This document shows, piece after piece, positions 61,451 through 64,000 of a DNA stretch of 64,000 nt. A program made the translations under genes and the position numbers. Below the pieces are notes generated by a model. That model was not told the origin of the DNA. It saw only the letters and a program-made list of their open reading frames with translations, and did not search any database. Position 1 is the stretch's first letter. The number at the start of each line of letters is the position of its first letter. Location: the NCBI RefSeq assembly GCF_018350175.1, contig NC_058368.1, positions 233,618,001 to 233,682,000 of the forward strand, read 5' to 3'. The stretch is from Felis catus (lineage: Eukaryota).

Positions 61451-63842
61451 CGCAGATTATTCATATAAAATGATTCCGGCTTACTGACCTCCAAATACGC
61501 TGCATCATTTCCATGGTGCCAAGCACGAAATATATTACCACGTGTTGGTAAAAGCCCATTGAAAACCAGGGTCATTGACTCTTTTACTGCAAAGCTTCTA
61601 AGAAGCTGCGAGAGAAATGAATGGGTGAATCACAGCGGAAGAGGAGCTGTAAAACTATGAACCCATAAGACACGAGCACTCCCTTGAACGGTCTCTAACG
61701 AGAGTATACGTGCATGGCCTCCAAACTCAGTTTCCTGTATCTTTAGCCTCTCCAGTTGATTTCTGAGAACCGCATCAGCCCTGGAGGGCAAAGAATGAGA
61801 CTGGAGTCAGAAGAGACAGTGATGCAGGGGAGGCTGCCCGAAGCCCGTGTCCTGGCCAGGCAGCTGTGGGAACTCTACGTCATCGAGGTGCGAGAGGCAG
61901 CGTGAGACGATAGGTCCCGTTCTTCCCTCTCTGTCCCGAGGGAGGGTTGACAAGAATGCCCTGGGCAGGGGCTTCTGCCTGGCCTCACCCCTGGAGCTCT
62001 GGTGGGAAGTAATTTGGGGATGGCCACAAAGTAAACTGCGTAGTGTGATCAGGAAGAAGGAGGGCAGTTCGACTCCAATGAGCTGTGGGTGGTCCTGAGC
62101 ATGAATGACAGTTTGGGGATTTCTTCTAATTATTATCACTGGCCATCAAGAAATGTAGATTTAGCCTCTGTTCTGTGATCACATGTACATCAGGAACCAG
62201 AGAGGGGCTTTTCGTTCCTCCAGCAGCCTGGTCCTGTCTCCAGGGAACAGTTACAAGTGTGGCTGTGCCTAGCTTCTTCTCCTGGGTGCACCCACCATGT
62301 TGAAGCTGTGTCCCACCCAGTGAAGGGTGCCCCCCAATGTAGGAAGGGACTCTCTGTGCCTGGCTCAGGCTATCAGTAAGCATGAGGTCAAAATGTTACA
62401 ACACTATGACTGATGTCCCATGCCTCTCCCCTGCTTTGGGCATCTTCAAGCCAGAGGACCAATCCTGAGAGCTAGGGGTGCAATCCAAGACTACTGTTGA
62501 GATTGGACCCGTTCTGTTTTGAGCCCACTTTTCAACATTGCTTGGCCTAGAAATCTAGAGCCTGCCTGCGAGGCCCACAGTCTTTTGGATGGTACCATTT
62601 TGTTTTTCTTTTGGAGGAGAATATCAAGTTGTTTTGTCCCTGGATGAAAGGGAAACAGACCTCATCATCTCTGGATGAGGGGGCGTAAACATCTGCTCGG
62701 ATATCACCATCATCCCTCAAAGTCTCTCACCAGCCACTTTGTTTCCTAAGAATTTTCTTGAATTTTTGTTCTACCTCAACACTACTCAATTTCTTCTCAA
62801 ACCCAGATTATTGAAAAATACAGCATTTTAGCTTACATTCAAAAAGATCCATGATTCTGACCAAAAAGCATTGATACCTCAATGAGTGAATTTCTTCTGT
62901 TGGATAACAGCGTCATTTGATAGCTCAGAGTTGCTGATTGTTTGAGATTGTTCTACATGCTTAAGTGTTTCCACTGAGTTTCCACTCTGCATGTACGGAT
63001 GGTCAGGACCTCCGAGGAACCAGCCAACTGTGACATTAGCTCGTACATGCCTTTCCTCACATGGAAGCCGATACAAGCACCGAACAGAACATCACACCAA
63101 GATCCTCAGCAGGAAGTCCCATAAGGCAAGAAAATGGGGACGCTCACTTTAAAAAAAAAAAAAATTTATTTCAAATGGGCTATTACGTGTGAATCAAAAA
63201 TCTATAAAAAGATGTTGAAAGTTTTCTAAAAGAACAACATAAAAGTAGAATTCCTTAAAAGTAAATTTCTTAAATGTTACCATTCCAACTACTCAGTCTC
63301 TCAACTTAGACTGCTTACTTCAGAAAAATGTATTTACTTATTAATTAAGCACGTGTTGATAATTTTCAAATATCCTTCCACCTCAGGCCTAGGATCTAGA
63401 ATTTCTCCAAGGATCCCGGGCTCCTGAAGGGAAACAGTACTTGGGAATGAGGGACTGGGTACCAGCTATGACTATTAATCCATTTTTTTTTCTGGTCACT
63501 GTCTGTAAGCACAGCTAGGAAATACACATGTAAATATATATTATAAGTCACACGTTCATGGGGATTCCTCCAATTTGAACCCACGACCGCATCATCCTTC
63601 CTCACTGCTCAATTCATATGTGTGTCTCCCTTCTCCATCAGTAACCCTGGTCTCTAACATATCAGTATGTTTTTTCTCTCCCTCAATACATACTCTTAAC
63701 ACGATCTTTAGAATCACTGTGTCTGTACAATTGCCAAAACATAAGCCAAGTATGGTCCAGGATGTATTTCTGGTCTTTCTGTTCTTAGAAATTTTCTGTA
63801 AAGATTATACCGCCGTAGAACTGTTTTAGAAGCTACTGTATT

Positions 63843-64000
63843 GGGGCACCTGGGAGGCTCAGTCGGTTAAGCGTCCAGCCTCACCTCAGGTCATGATCTC
63901 CTGGTTCGTGAGCTCGAGCCCTGTGTCAGCTCTCCTCCATCAGTGCGGAGCCCGCTTTGGATCCTCTGTCCTTCTCTCTCTGTGCCCCTCCCCTGCTCAC
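63843..64000 (+). mobile_element. CanSINE cut by window end
   Basis: GGGGCACCTGGGAGGCTCAGTCGGTTAAGCG head. Confidence 0.9.

Larger units (their letters stand above)
42857..64000 (-). other. ADCY2: Intron of ADCY2 upstream of the exon (extends beyond window end)
   Basis: Polypyrimidine tract plus AG ending at 42857; no other recognisable exon. Confidence 0.8.

Noticed and set aside
197..64000. SINE strand bias (about 18 plus versus 10 minus)
   Set aside because: Too few copies for the skew to be meaningful.
1..64000. A novel multi-gene biological system
   Set aside because: The window is intronic with a single known exon; no unexplained long ORFs, RNA genes or arrays could be supported.

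Overview
Mammalian (felid) genomic DNA, judged from about 28 carnivore tRNA-derived SINEs of the cat SINEC_Fc type and felid/carnivore L1 ends. The only supportable protein-coding feature is one 162-bp minus-strand exon (42695-42856) with canonical AG/GT sites. It encodes VSFFLFIIFVVYTMLPFNMRDAII...KEHLVWQ, recognised as adenylate cyclase 2 (ADCY2; probably exon 3, first transmembrane cluster). The rest of the window is therefore the two very large flanking introns, filled with CanSINEs, L1 fragments, MaLR/ERVL solo LTRs, MIR/L2, hAT DNA-transposon relics and microsatellites. Nearly all of the ORF track is noise or repeat-derived. I found no evidence of a novel gene system. The most interesting signals are mechanistic or regulatory: (1) several templated-insertion scars with direct and inverted snippets; (2) two twin-primed (5'-inverted) L1 insertions; (3) SINE dimer/read-through retrotransposition; (4) inverted SINEs bracketing the frame-symmetric exon; (5) candidate REST and CTCF sites; (6) an apparent GC/CpG shift in old repeats. 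Repeat subfamily names come from recalled consensus sequences, not from a search, and boundaries of old repeats are approximate.
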